Origin: an uncultured Bacteroides sp.
Lineage (GTDB): Bacteria > Bacteroidota > Bacteroidia > Bacteroidales > Muribaculaceae
Length of the DNA stretch: 64,000 nt
Direction of reading: 5' to 3'
Assembly: GCA_964456545.1 (NCBI GenBank)
Contig: CAYWAM010000001.1
Location: 159,809-223,808 of the forward strand
The position numbers and the translations under genes were made by a program. Shown here one piece after another: positions 63,994 through 64,000 of this stretch. How positions within the stretch are numbered: position 1 is the first letter of the stretch; each line of letters opens with the position of its first letter. The notes under the pieces were generated by a model. The model was given only the letters and a program-made list of their open reading frames with translations, made no database searches and was not told the DNA's origin.

Positions 63994-64000
63994 AGACAAA

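Noticed and set aside
1-64000. Window-wide search for CRISPR arrays, IS elements or transposases, integrases, prophage genes, toxin-antitoxin pairs and classical defence systems
   Set aside because: I saw no direct-repeat/spacer array, no terminal inverted repeats bracketing a transposase-like ORF, and no integrase next to the tRNA-Ser within the window. No restriction-modification genes are present; the HsdR_N-like ORF is the small stand-alone domain protein conserved next to holA. The only defence-flavoured domain (AlbA_2) sits in a core operon.

Overview
The window reads as a core-chromosome segment of a Bacteroidota genome, probably Bacteroidales. That placement is an inference from four things: recurring TAnnTTTG -7 promoter boxes, no Shine-Dalgarno-type leaders, T9SS sorting domains, and Bacteroidetes-style lipoproteins and TonB-dependent receptor. 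I support about 50 protein-coding genes and one tRNA-Ser(GCU). Most are housekeeping genes in tight operons, many joined by ATGA stop/start overlaps. They include proS, rimM, ruvC, efp, gmk, nadD, lon, aguAB, mutAB, prs, hisS, mutS2, folC, a PBP1A, holA, two GH13 enzymes and several peptidases. I saw no transposase, integrase, phage gene, CRISPR array or rRNA. The less ordinary content is as follows. (1) A roughly 1,346-aa orphan protein with an embedded AlbA_2/Schlafen-like module sits inside a housekeeping operon (7.4-11.4 kb). (2) A His-rich membrane-anchored mini-protein lies next to a TonB-dependent receptor (40.0-42.8 kb). It is followed by a separately promoted operon of three paralogous giant surface lipoproteins (33.5-39.7 kb). 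(3) A porin-like outer-membrane protein, an imelysin and a di-heme lipoprotein form a cluster next to a fused CcsBA cytochrome c synthase, with a strong hairpin in between (48.1-54.4 kb). (4) A cargo-less T9SS C-terminal-domain mini-protein lies upstream of a pullulanase. Many track ORFs begin at TTG or GTG upstream of a better ATG, so I trimmed starts where a signal peptide, a gene junction or a promoter box supports it. Domain and family names come from recognising motifs by eye, not from database searches.
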